Shown: piece by piece, positions 52,589 through 64,000 of the stretch
Layout: every line of letters starts with the position of its first letter
Numbering within the stretch: position 1 is the first letter of the stretch
Assembly: GCA_030704615.1 (NCBI GenBank)
Contig: CM060732.1
Span: forward strand, 36,890,001-36,954,000
DNA: 64,000 bases
Source: Takakia lepidozioides
Lineage: Eukaryota; Plantae; Bryophyta
Direction: 5' to 3'
Program-made: the position numbers and the translations under genes
The notes under the pieces: generated by a model
What the model was told of the DNA's origin: nothing
The model's input: the letters and a program-made list of their open reading frames with translations, nothing else
Database searches by the model: none

Positions 52589-54921
52589 AGTGACGAGCCC
52601 TGGTCGCGCGCGGCCAGGGTGACGGCATACTAGCCTAGGGGGTCGTGGCAAATTGCGGTGTAGGTTGGGCTCAACGAACCACCTACCCAGCTGCGGTAAG
52701 TGTAGGGGTCTGTGACAGCTATGGACGGATCTAGATAGTCTAAGTTCTTACCGGCAAAGCAAAGCTTAACAATTCTACTTCACAGGACGATTTGCGTTTC
52801 CTAGTCCTACGTTTTGTTTATGGGTTTTCTACGTCTTTAATCGTAATTGCCTTCCAAGTCTTTGTTTACTACTACTTTCTACATGCCTGGACTCCCAACA
52901 ACCTCAGGTAATTCCCGAGGTTTAATAACAATAGTCGTTCCTTGGCCCAAGGCCCCCCCAGCGCCCGGGTACTTGACTTCAAATATCCTCGGCGGAAGGG
53001 GGCGATATCGCCCTTAAAACTTGCGTTTCGAAGTTAAGGGGATCCGGATAAAATCCCCTAATAAAGGAGAATTATCCTGCTAAATATTAAAGACAAATCA
53101 TTAAAATAGTCCTACAAATGCATGAAATTCGTAGAAATAGAGAATCATCGTAGGATGCTGGGGGCTAACTAAATTACCCTCAAGGTACCATGGGAACGCC
53201 CTTTATGCCGGGAGCATTGGGGAACCGCTCTCCACTTGGGAGCGCCCCTAAATTCCTACACCAAACCACTCAAGAACGCATTAGCAACTTAAACCATCAC
53301 CGGGCCAGGATGAATGAAATCTGCCGCCCATCAGTTTCTCATCTGCTCGCCACCCTGGTGTGTAAACAATGATTAAACAATCAGTGGGTCCCAGGGTCCA
53401 CTCCCTGCGCCTCTTCCACCTACTTCCAATATAATCTCATTAATTTATGCAGGCAGTCAGCCTAGAATGAAGTTGAAACATGTCATCTTCTACCTTGTGA
53501 AACCCCACCAAGGATTCTCTCATCCCTGTCTCTAGGCTCACTCTATCTGCCTATGGCATCTACCCGTGAGCCGTGCTTTTACAAACCCCGGAATACATAT
53601 AAAACTGATGGCCTTGCTGGGGCCTATCCAATGGTTCCAACCATTTATTATCCCTTGCTAAAACACACCCTTATTCTCATGCAAGAAGAATACCATGAAT
53701 AGTGCACATGAAATCAAAGGCATAGGGAGAAAACCCCCCTTAAAATACCCGTTCCAAGGACCAACAGTCCCTGGCGGGGTCCGTCGAATTATTCAGCGGT
53801 TAAGACTGATACCCTGCGGCCAGCGCTACGTGGCGCGGCGTAGCTGGCCCGCCGCCGGCGCGGGTCCAGCGGGTAATAGGCAGGCTCCGTCGTCTCTGCC
53901 GCTCGTGTCGTACCTGCGCGGGCCCAGCTATGGCGCCTGATGCTGCCACGCAGTGCACCAGCGAGCGTACTTTGCTCCAGGGGTCAACTCCCCCCACAGA
54001 GGCAGGCCACGTCACTCGTGTTAGATGCGCCACTCCATGGCGATTCTAGGCAACCTCCTTGGTTGACCTCCAACCCAAAGGCGCCTAAAGCGCCGGCACT
54101 TAAGTGCTGGGCTCTGCCTTTTTTGGTAGCCATCTACAAAATAGCTTATTTTGGGATGCACTAAATCGCTCGGTAGAATGGTACTCAAGCTTGGTCCTCC
54201 TCCGGCACTCCTACTCGTCCTCAAGTCTCCCACTTCATGGAGCGCTTCCTCTACTTCTTGCCTCAAATGGCAACAAGGCCCTGAGCTAGGATTATCATGC
54301 TCTCAATATGCTTGCTTCTAATACTAGTGAGCCACATGCTCAACTCTCTAGGAACTAGCTCCCTCAAGCTCAAAACTAATTACACAAGCAAGAGGCCCAA
54401 AACAAGGAAATGAGACTAGATTGAAGAACAAGAGGAGCTTGCTCTTCTTTTACTGTGTTTTTGGGCCATCTTAAACTAGTGAAGGATAGTCTTAAACTAT
54501 TATTTCCTACATGAATCTATAATTTAAAAACGATAAAACACCATAGAATAATAACCACGGATGGAAAACCTTGGTGTTAATGATAAATCTGTTTTTTCAT
54601 CCATCCAATGGATGACCAGTTGGCGCTAGGTTGTCTTTTCATCCCTCCAGCTTGCAGGTCGAATTTCCAGATTTCATCCATTGGATAAACTAGAATTCCA
54701 TTTAATCGCCATTCGCAACGGCCTCCGGCGTGATAATTTGATGTCGTCTCTCATCACCTCCAAAAATTCTCAAACTTGGTGAAAAATTATAATTAGATGC
54801 CCCATAGTTGCCCACAAAATCTCAAAGGAATCGGGGAAGAAAAGCTACACCTTTGGTTGATTTCCATGGTTTCGCCATATAGGCAGTCTGCCGCTTCCTG
54901 GCAGTAAAAATACTGGTGGTG
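52589..54921 (-). mobile_element. Long LTR-like segment, probably the 3' LTR of the adjacent gypsy element, fused to integrase by a deletion
   Basis: Non-coding; ends GGGCTCGTCAC on the minus strand; abrupt junctions with copia RT and gypsy integrase. Confidence 0.55.
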
Positions 54922-57900
54922 AGGTCAGATACTCGGTGGCTACGATGATGTAGCGATTTTGTCGAATTAAAGCGGGGTGCACTTCCCCTACGTAGTCGAT
55001 TCCCCACTTCTCAAACGGAGCAAGGGGGAGAGTGGGAACTAACGACATTCCAAGCCTGTTATCCCTTTTAGCGTACCTCTGGCAAAAGTCGCATTTTCGC
55101 ACATGTATGTGCGCATCTTTGAACATGGAGGGCCAGTAATATCTGCCCTCAAAATCTTTTGGACCGTGAGTCGCCCTGCAAAGTGTCCTCCGCACATGCT
55201 GTCATGAGCTGACTCTAAAATATGGGGAACCTCCTCTGGAGTAACGCATCGCCTCAAGAGTCCATCCAATCCCCTCCTATAAATTTGCCCTCCCACAAGG
55301 GCAAACTTCATACTACGCAATCGAAGTCGTCTTCGTGCGCGTCGATCCATTCATGGTGGAAATTCCAGGGTGCTAACATACTGAGCAATGTGCTCGTACC
55401 AAGGAGAAACTGTCTCAATCGAGAATAAGAAGGCATCCGGAAAATCATCGTCCATAGGCTCGTCCCCCATCTTCTCTGACAACCGGAGAAATGGTCGGCC
55501 TGAGCGTTCAGCCTTCCCGGTTTGTAGACTACCTTGTAGTCGAACTCTTGAAGTAAAATGACCCATCTTGCTATTCTCCCTGTCAGGTCAGGTTTGTTGA
55601 TCAAGTATCGCAATGCCATGTGATCAACAAAAAATGTAAATGGGGTCTCCAATAAATAATGCCGATACTTCTTTACGGCAAAAATCATTCCCAGAGCCTC
55701 TCGCTCCATGGTGTTGTACCTAGTCTCAGCGAATGTCAGCTGTTGACTGGCGAAAGATATCGGATGATCATGGCCATCAGCGTGTGGCTGGCAAAGGGCA
55801 CATCCTACCACCACCGTTGAAGCATCAACATAAACATGAAAATGCGTGTTCCAATCCGGAGCCGCCAAGACTGGTGCAGACACCAACCGTTCCTTGAGCC
55901 TTTCAAAAGACTCTTGATATCCTGCATCCCAGGAGAATACTTGGTTCTTTTTCAATAGTCGAGTCAGAGGTAATGTCTCTGCTGCATACTTGTCCATAAA
56001 TTTCCTATACCACCCTGTGTGGCCAAGGAATCCCTTCACTTTGGACGACGTCTCTGGTGCGGGAAGTTCGGCGATGGCGCTTACTTTTGCTGGGTCTGTC
56101 GCCACTCCGTCTCTGGACACTATATGTCCCAGGAGCAGTCCATGTGTGACTGCGAATACGCACTTCATTGGATTGAGAGATATCCCATTTTCTCTGCACC
56201 GGATGAAGCATTCTTGTAGTGCCACAACGTGATCCTTCGCATCCCCGTTGCAACAAAAGTCATCTAAGAAAATGACTAGATTCTTTTTCACAATGTCCGA
56301 GAAAGAATACGTCATGACCCTCTGAAATGTCAGGGGTGCATTGCACAAGCCAAAGGGCATCCTTGTGTAAGCAAATGTTCCCCAGGGTGAGGTGAATGTG
56401 GTCTTCAGCACATCTTTCGGGTCGATCAACACTTGATTGTAGCCCAAGAACCCATCCATGAAAGAGTAGAGTTCCTTCCCTGCTACTTCTTCCACTAATG
56501 TGTCTATAAACGGCAAGGGAAAATGATCCTTGTGTGTTACCTTGTTAAGGGGGCGGAAGTCCACGCATACCCTTAATCCTCCATTCTTTTTCCGAACGAT
56601 CACCATGGGGGACACCCAGGCTGATGTCTCCACTGGAAAGATAAACTCAGCGGCTAGCAGTTTTTTTATTTCTGCTTTGATGAGAAGAGCCAGATTGGGA
56701 TTCACCCTCCTTTCTCGTTGTCATCGTGGTGTAGCTCCCGGAATCAGGGGAATAGAGTGCCACATAAGAGGGCACCCCTTTCAACTCAGTGTATGACCAC
56801 GCGAAGATGTCTCTAAATTCTTTGAACAAGGCTTGGGACTCTGCCGCATGTTCTACTGTCAAATGGGATCCAACCTTCACCATCTTGGGTGATTCTCCTC
56901 CCACCACCATATCGACCAATTGCGTTGTTGGCTCAGCTGTGAAGGTTGATCCTGGTTCAAACCTTGATCCGTTTGACCCTTGTTGTAAATATGGAATGTA
57001 GGGGGCACTATGTTTCATCACATCCCTTTCTAGGTCGGCCTCCTCTACAATTCTCATTTTAATGTTCTCGCCGTTCTCCTCCTGAGGAATCTCCGGTTCC
57101 TGCAGACCAACTTGTTCGGCGGATATCGAGAAGAGCTCGGTTAGTGACTCGAACTCTGGAAGTGCCTCGGTTGATACCGAGTGTACCATCACCTCCTTGC
57201 CTTGGTTTTCTTCAAACAACAAGGCGATGCAGTCTGCATCAGACTCGCATTCATATAAACCCGGACCTAGGGATTTGACGGCGTCCTTTAATCCTACCTT
57301 CCTTCGCTTAACCTCCCTGCAAGGAGCGGTGCTGGTTGCTAATACTCGGTGGGCCTGTGACGTTGGATGGATCTCTCTATCTGTCCACCAGTCCTCCTCA
57401 CTCAAGTCCGCAGACTCCTCTTCAGAACCAATCATGATCCCCATCTGTCTCGTGGTGAGGTGCTCCCGAAAGAAAAGCGACTCTAGTCGTGTAAGGTTTT
57501 ATCCCATAAGTGATGGTACCTGCCCCCCAGTCCGTTCGAGCTCAGGACTGGACCAACCATGGCCTCCCTAGTAGGAGTGCGTAGGAATACTCATCAATGG
57601 GGAAATCTATGATTTGGAAGTCTACCGCGTACGTGTAGCCTCCGGTGTTTAGCCGAACATTCGCTAAGTGACCCACTGGTCTGATCTTTCGTTGGTCATG
57701 AGCCAGTCTGATAGTTAATGGAGACTCCCCTGTCATGTTCAATCCTAACTTTGACAAGGTGGAGAGTGGCATGATGTTGACTGAGCTCCCATCATCCACT
57801 AAACAACGTCGTATCAGACGGTCTACAATCTCCACTTCTATTTCTACTGGGCCCGGATCGACATGGGCGTTAATGTGGTGGGTCTGAGCAAAAGTACCTA

Positions 57901-58252
57901 CTCGCTTCCTCACCAAGGATGCCTTGAGAGCATGTCGGACTGTTGGTGCCAGTGCTATGAGTTGGGCAAATGTAATGTTTGCCTTAATGTGGCGCAAGTC
58001 TTCCATTAGATTATACAGCTCCAACTCATCGGTGAAGCGCATAGTGGAGTGTGTTCTCCTTTTGGGAAGCTTCACTGGTGCTACTGGTCGATTGGCCAGG
58101 CCAACCATTTCTCGGCCACTTTTGACATCCTTGGGATGGGTATCCTCTTCCTCCCTGAGTACAGTTTCCGCCACCTTCCGTGGGTCTGACTTCATGACTT
58201 TAAAGTTCAGATCTTCCTGTTTTGATGCCGATGTGGCTGACTCCGACGCCAC
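54922..58252 (-). pseudogene. Ty3/gypsy (Athila/Tat-like non-chromovirus) pol: PR-RT-RH-INT, integrase truncated
   Basis: LVDDGSSVNIM, HFPLPFID, RMPFGLCNAP, FLDDF, YVDAS, H...CGGHF...CDFCQR, FEKWGIDYVG. Confidence 0.95.
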
Positions 58253-58283
58253 GTACCCAGGGCCTTTGCGTATCTCGTTGCTG

Positions 58284-60071
58284 TCAGGTCATTACTGCAT
58301 AGCTACCTTCCTCTAGGTTAGCCTGCGTAGTTTGAGTGGCGCCAAGCTCACTGGAAATCCAATTGACTTGGTGCTGCGTCTCCTGTTGACGGGACGACTG
58401 ACCGGGATGCATACTGGCCTGCTGCTGGAATGGCGCTGAAGTGGACGTCTGCTGCCCTCCCTGCACCCTTACATCCTGAGGGGGAGACCACGTATTAGAA
58501 GAACCCTGGGCTATTTGAGCCGCAAGATTTGAATAGGCTGCTCGGGAATTCTGTCCCATAGCTGCATTGCCTCCAGACTATGATGGGCGTGCCTGATCTG
58601 TTCTAGGCCGCTGCACTATCTGCATTGGAGTAGCAAAATACATGCTATGTTGTTGTGGTAGAGGGTTGGGTGGTTCAGTGGTATACTGATCCGGGAAGGG
58701 TGCTCGCTGCCCTTCCAAATTCCTCTCTACTTATTGAATGGTGGCCGGCATAGGCTAGTCCACTTGTCTATGAGGACATTTGTCCAAGGGGTGACCTCGT
58801 TGGCCACAGTGCAAACACACAATGTCACTCCAACAATTTTCAGTCGGGTGAGTGGTTCTTCCACACTTTTGACATCCTCTACGGGATTGATTGAATTGCC
58901 TCTTTGGTTTATCTTGATAAGTTGGGTTCCGGCTTACCTGCCTTTCCCGAATGGGATAAGGACAGTGTTGAGATGTATGTCCCGAGTTGTTACAATTGGA
59001 ACACCATACCTTGGCCGGGTTGGGGCCGGACTCTCCAACTGGGGCCGCATCTCGGTACCCCACATAGCTGGTAATCTGCTGACCGATTGAGCTCATGCGG
59101 TCGCCCATTGTTTCAATTGTCTTGATGAGAGAAGTGACTTGTGCCTCTAGATTTCCCACTTGCGAATCGGAGTGCCCGCTCGAATCTGCCTGTGAGTTGG
59201 TAGGAACAACATTCGTGTATTGCGGCACCGTTGGCACTACTACGGGTGTCGGGGACGCTGCTGGGGCGTAGGGTCTCACTCCTCCTACATAAGATGGCGT
59301 GTAATGCAGCGCGGGCTGGATTACCGCTAATGGTGTCGGCTCCTGTGCGGGCTCAATTGAATTGTACAATGGTAGAACAAAGTCGGGCATCTTAGCTCGT
59401 TATACTTGGCGATGCATGTTGTCGAATTCCTTGCCCACTTGTATGGCATCTACCAACGTTGCAGGTCTTTGCTGTAAAACATGAAAGTGAGTGGCATCTC
59501 GTAATCCACTCAAAAAACAATCTTTGAGTACCCCATCATCTAGGGGGGTCAAAGGGTTTTGGAGTCGCATTAGCTCCCTGAATCGCATTTCGAAGTCTGC
59601 TACCTCCTCTGTGGGGCCCTGACGAATCCTTGCCAATGCCATTAAGACACTGGTGAATTGGTGGACTGCCCGAAAATGATCGAGAAATGCATCCCGAATC
59701 TGCTGCCAAGTAATAAATATAACTGGAGCCTGTTGCCAATACCAAGTAGATGCTCTTCCCCTCATGGTTGTGGGAAACCATATCAGCCAATAGGCATCAT
59801 TTAGTGCTTGATTAGAGTAACAACATTGAATGAAGCTTTTCACATGATATTCTGGATTTTCATGTGCTTCCCCATACAGGGATGCCTCGGCGTGAGCCTG
59901 GTCGCGTGAGCGCAACTGCGCTCACGCCACGTCATCTTACGCCAACGCCACATCACGGGGCTCACTCCACGTCATCGCGTTTGAAGGCCCCGTCACCACG
60001 CGCCAAGGAAGAAGTGGAGTGTATTCCCGCGGAAGAGCACCCTTTCACCGCGGAAACAAGCTGGACGACAT
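58284..60071 (-). pseudogene. Gypsy gag with three CCHC knuckles
   Basis: FPTTMRGRASTWY...TWQQIRDAFLDHF; CSNCNNSGHTSQHC, CQKCGRTTHPTENC, CLHCGQRGHPLDKC. Confidence 0.9.
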
Positions 60072-61036
60072 AATAAAAGGACGTGGTCAATCCCACCTGA
60101 AAGCAACAGATGAATGAAGGATGGATGAATGTAGAGTGGATGATAAACAGATGGATGAGTGCGAAAAATGAAAGTAGATGGATGAATGTGGGATGGGTAA
60201 TAGTAAAATGGATGAATATATAATGGATGTTGAATAATGGAAAACATTCATGACTGGAGGATGCATGAATACTCTGTAGATGAATGCACAATGTATATGA
60301 CATGAGTGTGGTAGGTTTGTGGGGTGGATTACAGAGTACAGTGGATGAATGTATACTTGATGATTAATAAAGGAAAACATTCACGAATGGAGCACGCATG
60401 AATGCACAGTAGATGAATGCACAATGGATATGACAAGAGTGAGTGGGGTTTGTGGGATGGATTCATACATATTGCCATTTTAATGAAAGTGGATTCTTTG
60501 ATTTTTATTTTTTTCTGCGGGAACAACTACAGTGGAGTAAGGGGATTCAATGTTTTCCAAAGAGGATGAAACAGAACATTAAAAGAACAAAGTTCAGGCT
60601 GACTCAGAGTCAGTACAATGTATCCTCGCGTCCTCTGCATCTAAGTCTAAGTATTGAAGAACTCCGGATCTACGTTGCCTACACCTACGGCCGGGCAATA
60701 AAAAGTCAGGGGATAGAGACTCGGCCGCATGAAGTGCCATTGCTTCGGCATACACAGGAAGCAGAAAATTGGAAAGGGGGCTGTCGAAAACAGACTCGTC
60801 AGAAATGGGGGTATCTCCTGAAGATCCATCGCCAGCTGACATGACGCTCACGCCACGTCACTCTTGCATGAGCGTACGCTCGCGCGCACAAGGCTCACGC
60901 CATTGCGTTGTTGTTCCCCAGATAACCAAGGCAGATGTCAGGGCAATGTGAGCGGGGGTAAACCTGCTGGAACCACAATGGGTACCTCAGGAGGTCCTGG
61001 AATATGTGCCATGATTGACGCTTATGATGGCGAGGA

Positions 61037-62027
61037 TGTCGAACGGCTTTTACTCACCCATCCCTTCGTTATCCGAGGTGGAAACTCCAAGATAGAAGAG
61101 TTGGATATCTCTAAGCACTCAGCCCGCTCAGTACAATCAGTCATGACCTGCAGCTAGTGAATCATGGTTGTGCTTCCCCTTTGTATTCCTTCTTGCCTTC
61201 ATGTTATCAATTTACCTTATCTGATACTGAAGCATCAGTTTGCTTCAGTATCTTCTTAGTTCCAGTTAATCATGCATTCATTTCATAGCTTCACTCATGT
61301 CTCTCTACACAATGTGCTTGTATCGAATAAGTATCAGATTACGATTTATCAGGTACTAGCCCAATGTCAAGTGACTCTAATCCGCCCTACAGTATCACTA
61401 CAGTTCTGCATGAAACAAACATCTACTGTCTAACTCTCCTCTTTCTCCGTGCTTTCGTTCTTGCTCTCCGCCCGATCTCCTCTCCTCCATGACCAAGAAG
61501 TACCCCAGAAGTCTGTCCCCCCCCCCCCCCCCCCCCCGAAGTCTCCGCTCTCCGCTTTATCTACCTACAAGCTGTTCTAACCGCCTTGCTAACAATTAAC
61601 CGTCATCCCTAATGTAACACGTTCTTTCTGCAGATGTCGTTCCTTCACAGTCGTTCCCTGCCCATGATAACTGTTCCCTATGTACTGTGACAAGCTGTGT
61701 CAAACTATGCCGAGCTGTGACTGGCTGTGTAAGGCTGTGTCGGCTGTGACTGGCTGTGTCAGCTGTGTCGGGCTGTGCGAAGCTGTGGCGGGCTGTGACT
61801 GGCTGTGTCGGCTGTGTCGGCTGTGCGAAGTTGTGGCGGTTGTAACGGGCTGTGATGGGCTGTGACGGGCTGTGTTGGCTGTGTCGGGCTGTGTTGGCTA
61901 TGTAACCCTCGTCCCTAAAGCCTGCTGCTATCACCCCTAAGGCTCCTGTTCGTCTCAGTCTGTATAAAAATTAAGGGTACCCCACAGAACCTGTAAAAGC
62001 GTCCAAGTCCCAAGCAGCCCTCTAACA
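61037..62027 (-). mobile_element. 3' LTR of a minus-strand gypsy element (same family as 220-1208) nested in the neighbouring gypsy leader
   Basis: TGTCG...CTAACA termini; PPT GAGAGGGGGAGGGGTAAA at 62028-62046 on the minus strand. Confidence 0.88.
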
Positions 62028-62069
62028 TTTACCCCTCCCCCTCTCAAAAAGTCGTGTCCTCACGGTTTA

Positions 62070-63440
62070 CTATTTGGGATTAGCAAATCTTTGTGAGCGA
62101 GCACCCTTCTGACGGTGAGAGTCCCGTGAAGGACTCCGTGTGCGAGCCCGAGTCCTGTCACTGGTTGACGGAGATGATTGAGCACTACCTAGAAATGTCA
62201 GTCCCTCCTTTGGCTGATATCGAGGTAATCTCTCAGGCATAGGAGACCCCCGTCGCTTCTTCTCGGCCATCTGAATTGCATAGTCCTCTGCCATGTCAAA
62301 AGAGTCCGCTGAAGAAACAGTAGTATCAAAATCGTCTTCCCCCCTGAGGTGTTTTAACGGTCGAACTCTAACTGGAATCCTCTGGGGCATACAATGTGGT
62401 CCCACCATGTCTGGAAGTTTAATCTTTAAAACTTGTTGTAAGCGCTGAATTGCAAAATTGGTGAAGACCCTGAACTCTTTGTCTGTACAGATGAGTGGTG
62501 TGCCAATGACTTGAGAACAGTGCAAGTATTTCCATGCCTCATGTCCCTTAAAGAAAATATCGTCAGGCCCGAATTTCTGTGTTGACAAATTGTTCCAGGC
62601 CGAATGAAACCATGAACGAATTTGAGAATCCTTTTGCATCATAACTTTTGCCTCATATAGGTACATATGAAGTGGCACTAAAGGTAAGACCCAATGATCC
62701 CCACTGGAATAATTCAGAAAGCGCGATTGCATCTTCTGCTGCTCAATGTGATAACATGCCAGAAAACAAACAGCATAGTATAACCCGCAGCCCATGACAA
62801 TACTTGCCTTGGTCTTGGTATAAATGAATCCATGTACAACTTGGAAGGCAATTAATTCCTTCAACATGGTACTTGCCTCATGCTAGTACCTCGCAAAGTG
62901 ATGATCCTCAATGGGTCGATTGTTCGGAAGAACCTTAGTCCTAGTTGCCACTGGCAGCCAAATGCGCATGATCTGGTAGTAATGTGCCAACGACTGCGGA
63001 GGACTAGCCCGATTGTACTCCCGTGCAGCAGGAGTTTTCGGTGGGTTAAAAGCAGCATCCCCCCATACCTCAGGCTGTGGCGGCTGTGGTGTGGCTGTAG
63101 TAACAACAGGGTCAGCTACTGGCACAGTCACTTGTTGTGGTATTGGTAGCACTGGCTCTTGTATCACTGGCATCTCCTGCACCCCCTACGAAGAAGACTG
63201 AAAAGCTAAAGTTCTGGCTTGTAAATAAGAAGCCATCAGCTGCTCCTCAGGTACAAAGACTCTCTTGTCAATATTTGATGTCAGGTCCTCCACCTGAGTC
63301 TGCAGGCCATCTACATCCTCCTGTAACTCTGTTATCCTACTATAGACATTGTCTATAGTAGTTGTGGCAATGTTCTGCACCTGCAATCTGGGTTCATTCA
63401 TCTCGCCTTGGGTGAGCTTCCGTGGTGCTTTGCCTTCCAC
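62070..63440 (-). pseudogene. Extra ~457-codon ORF upstream of the PPT (env-like position), unknown function
   Basis: ORFs 63186-63440, 62883-63182 and 62070-62867 share one frame and are separated only by single TAG stops. Confidence 0.7.
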
Positions 63441-63481
63441 CGGCCCTTGTGCTAACTAGACTTGCATAAGGTGGTTATCCA

Positions 63482-64000
63482 CCCCGGGGGGTGCACTCCT
63501 CATTAAATGTACCAGCCACGTGCGTGCACAGGAGGGGGTATTTTAAACATTATACATACAGAGGGGGGTTTAAAACACCTTAAATATAATTTTACAGGAG
63601 GGGGTTGTTGAGTTTTTAGGGATAGTGTAGTGGTAAGAATGGCGATTCCGCCGCGATGCATCCCGGGATCGAATCGTGGAATCGTCGTTTTGTATGTTTG
63701 TTTTTTTTTTTTTTTTTCGCTCCACGATCTTTCTCCCCTGACCTCCCGCGGCTTTCTCTTTTCTTTCTCCTCCTCTCCCGCGTTCGCCTTCCCTTCCGCG
63801 GGCTTTCTCTTTTTCCTCCTCTCCTCTCCCCTCCCTCTCCACAGGGCATGGTAGGACAATGTGGTGAGGGCACTGACTTGGGAGAAGGTTTGAGGTTGTG
63901 ATGTATGTAGAGGGCAGGAATCGAAGGGGATGAAGTAAGTGCGCGGGAATGTGGGGCAGGCCTGGGCTGATCGGTGATGATATGCGGGTGTGGTGGCGGA
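63482..64000. mobile_element. Possible DNA-transposon end inserted in the retroelement
   Basis: Abrupt start CCCCGGGGGGTGCACTC, GAGGGGG repeats, palindromes, poly-T and CT tracts. Confidence 0.3.

Noticed and set aside
220-62027. Two LTRs as ends of one giant element
   Set aside because: PBS and PPT face outward and the copies are diverged, so they belong to separate elements

Overview
Eukaryotic, plant-like, transposon-dense DNA (inferred seedless land plant, e.g. lycophyte or fern) with no intact host gene. It holds nested and decayed elements: two copies of one LTR family (220-1208, 61037-62027), a CACTA-like end carrying an FCP1/NIF-type phosphatase, a self-priming chromovirus-like LTR/gag, a LINE ORF1, two Ty1/copia elements, further Ty3/gypsy remnants and a hAT foldback MITE. 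Two less ordinary loci stand out. (1) About 21.1-31.2 kb is a possible Helitron-like unit. It carries a spliced, minus-strand pseudogene whose product shows RAG1/Transib-like DDE motifs with an embedded LysM-like motif, two upstream copies of a tRNA-like plus multi-hairpin RNA candidate, and a downstream near-perfect 120-bp tandem array. (2) About 33.9-47.7 kb is a tandemly duplicated spliced gene with a degenerate beta-class N4C/N6A DNA-methyltransferase-like motif order and acidic repeats; a ~200-bp-arm inverted repeat lies between the copies. All protein family calls were made by eye from motifs and need HMM or structure confirmation.
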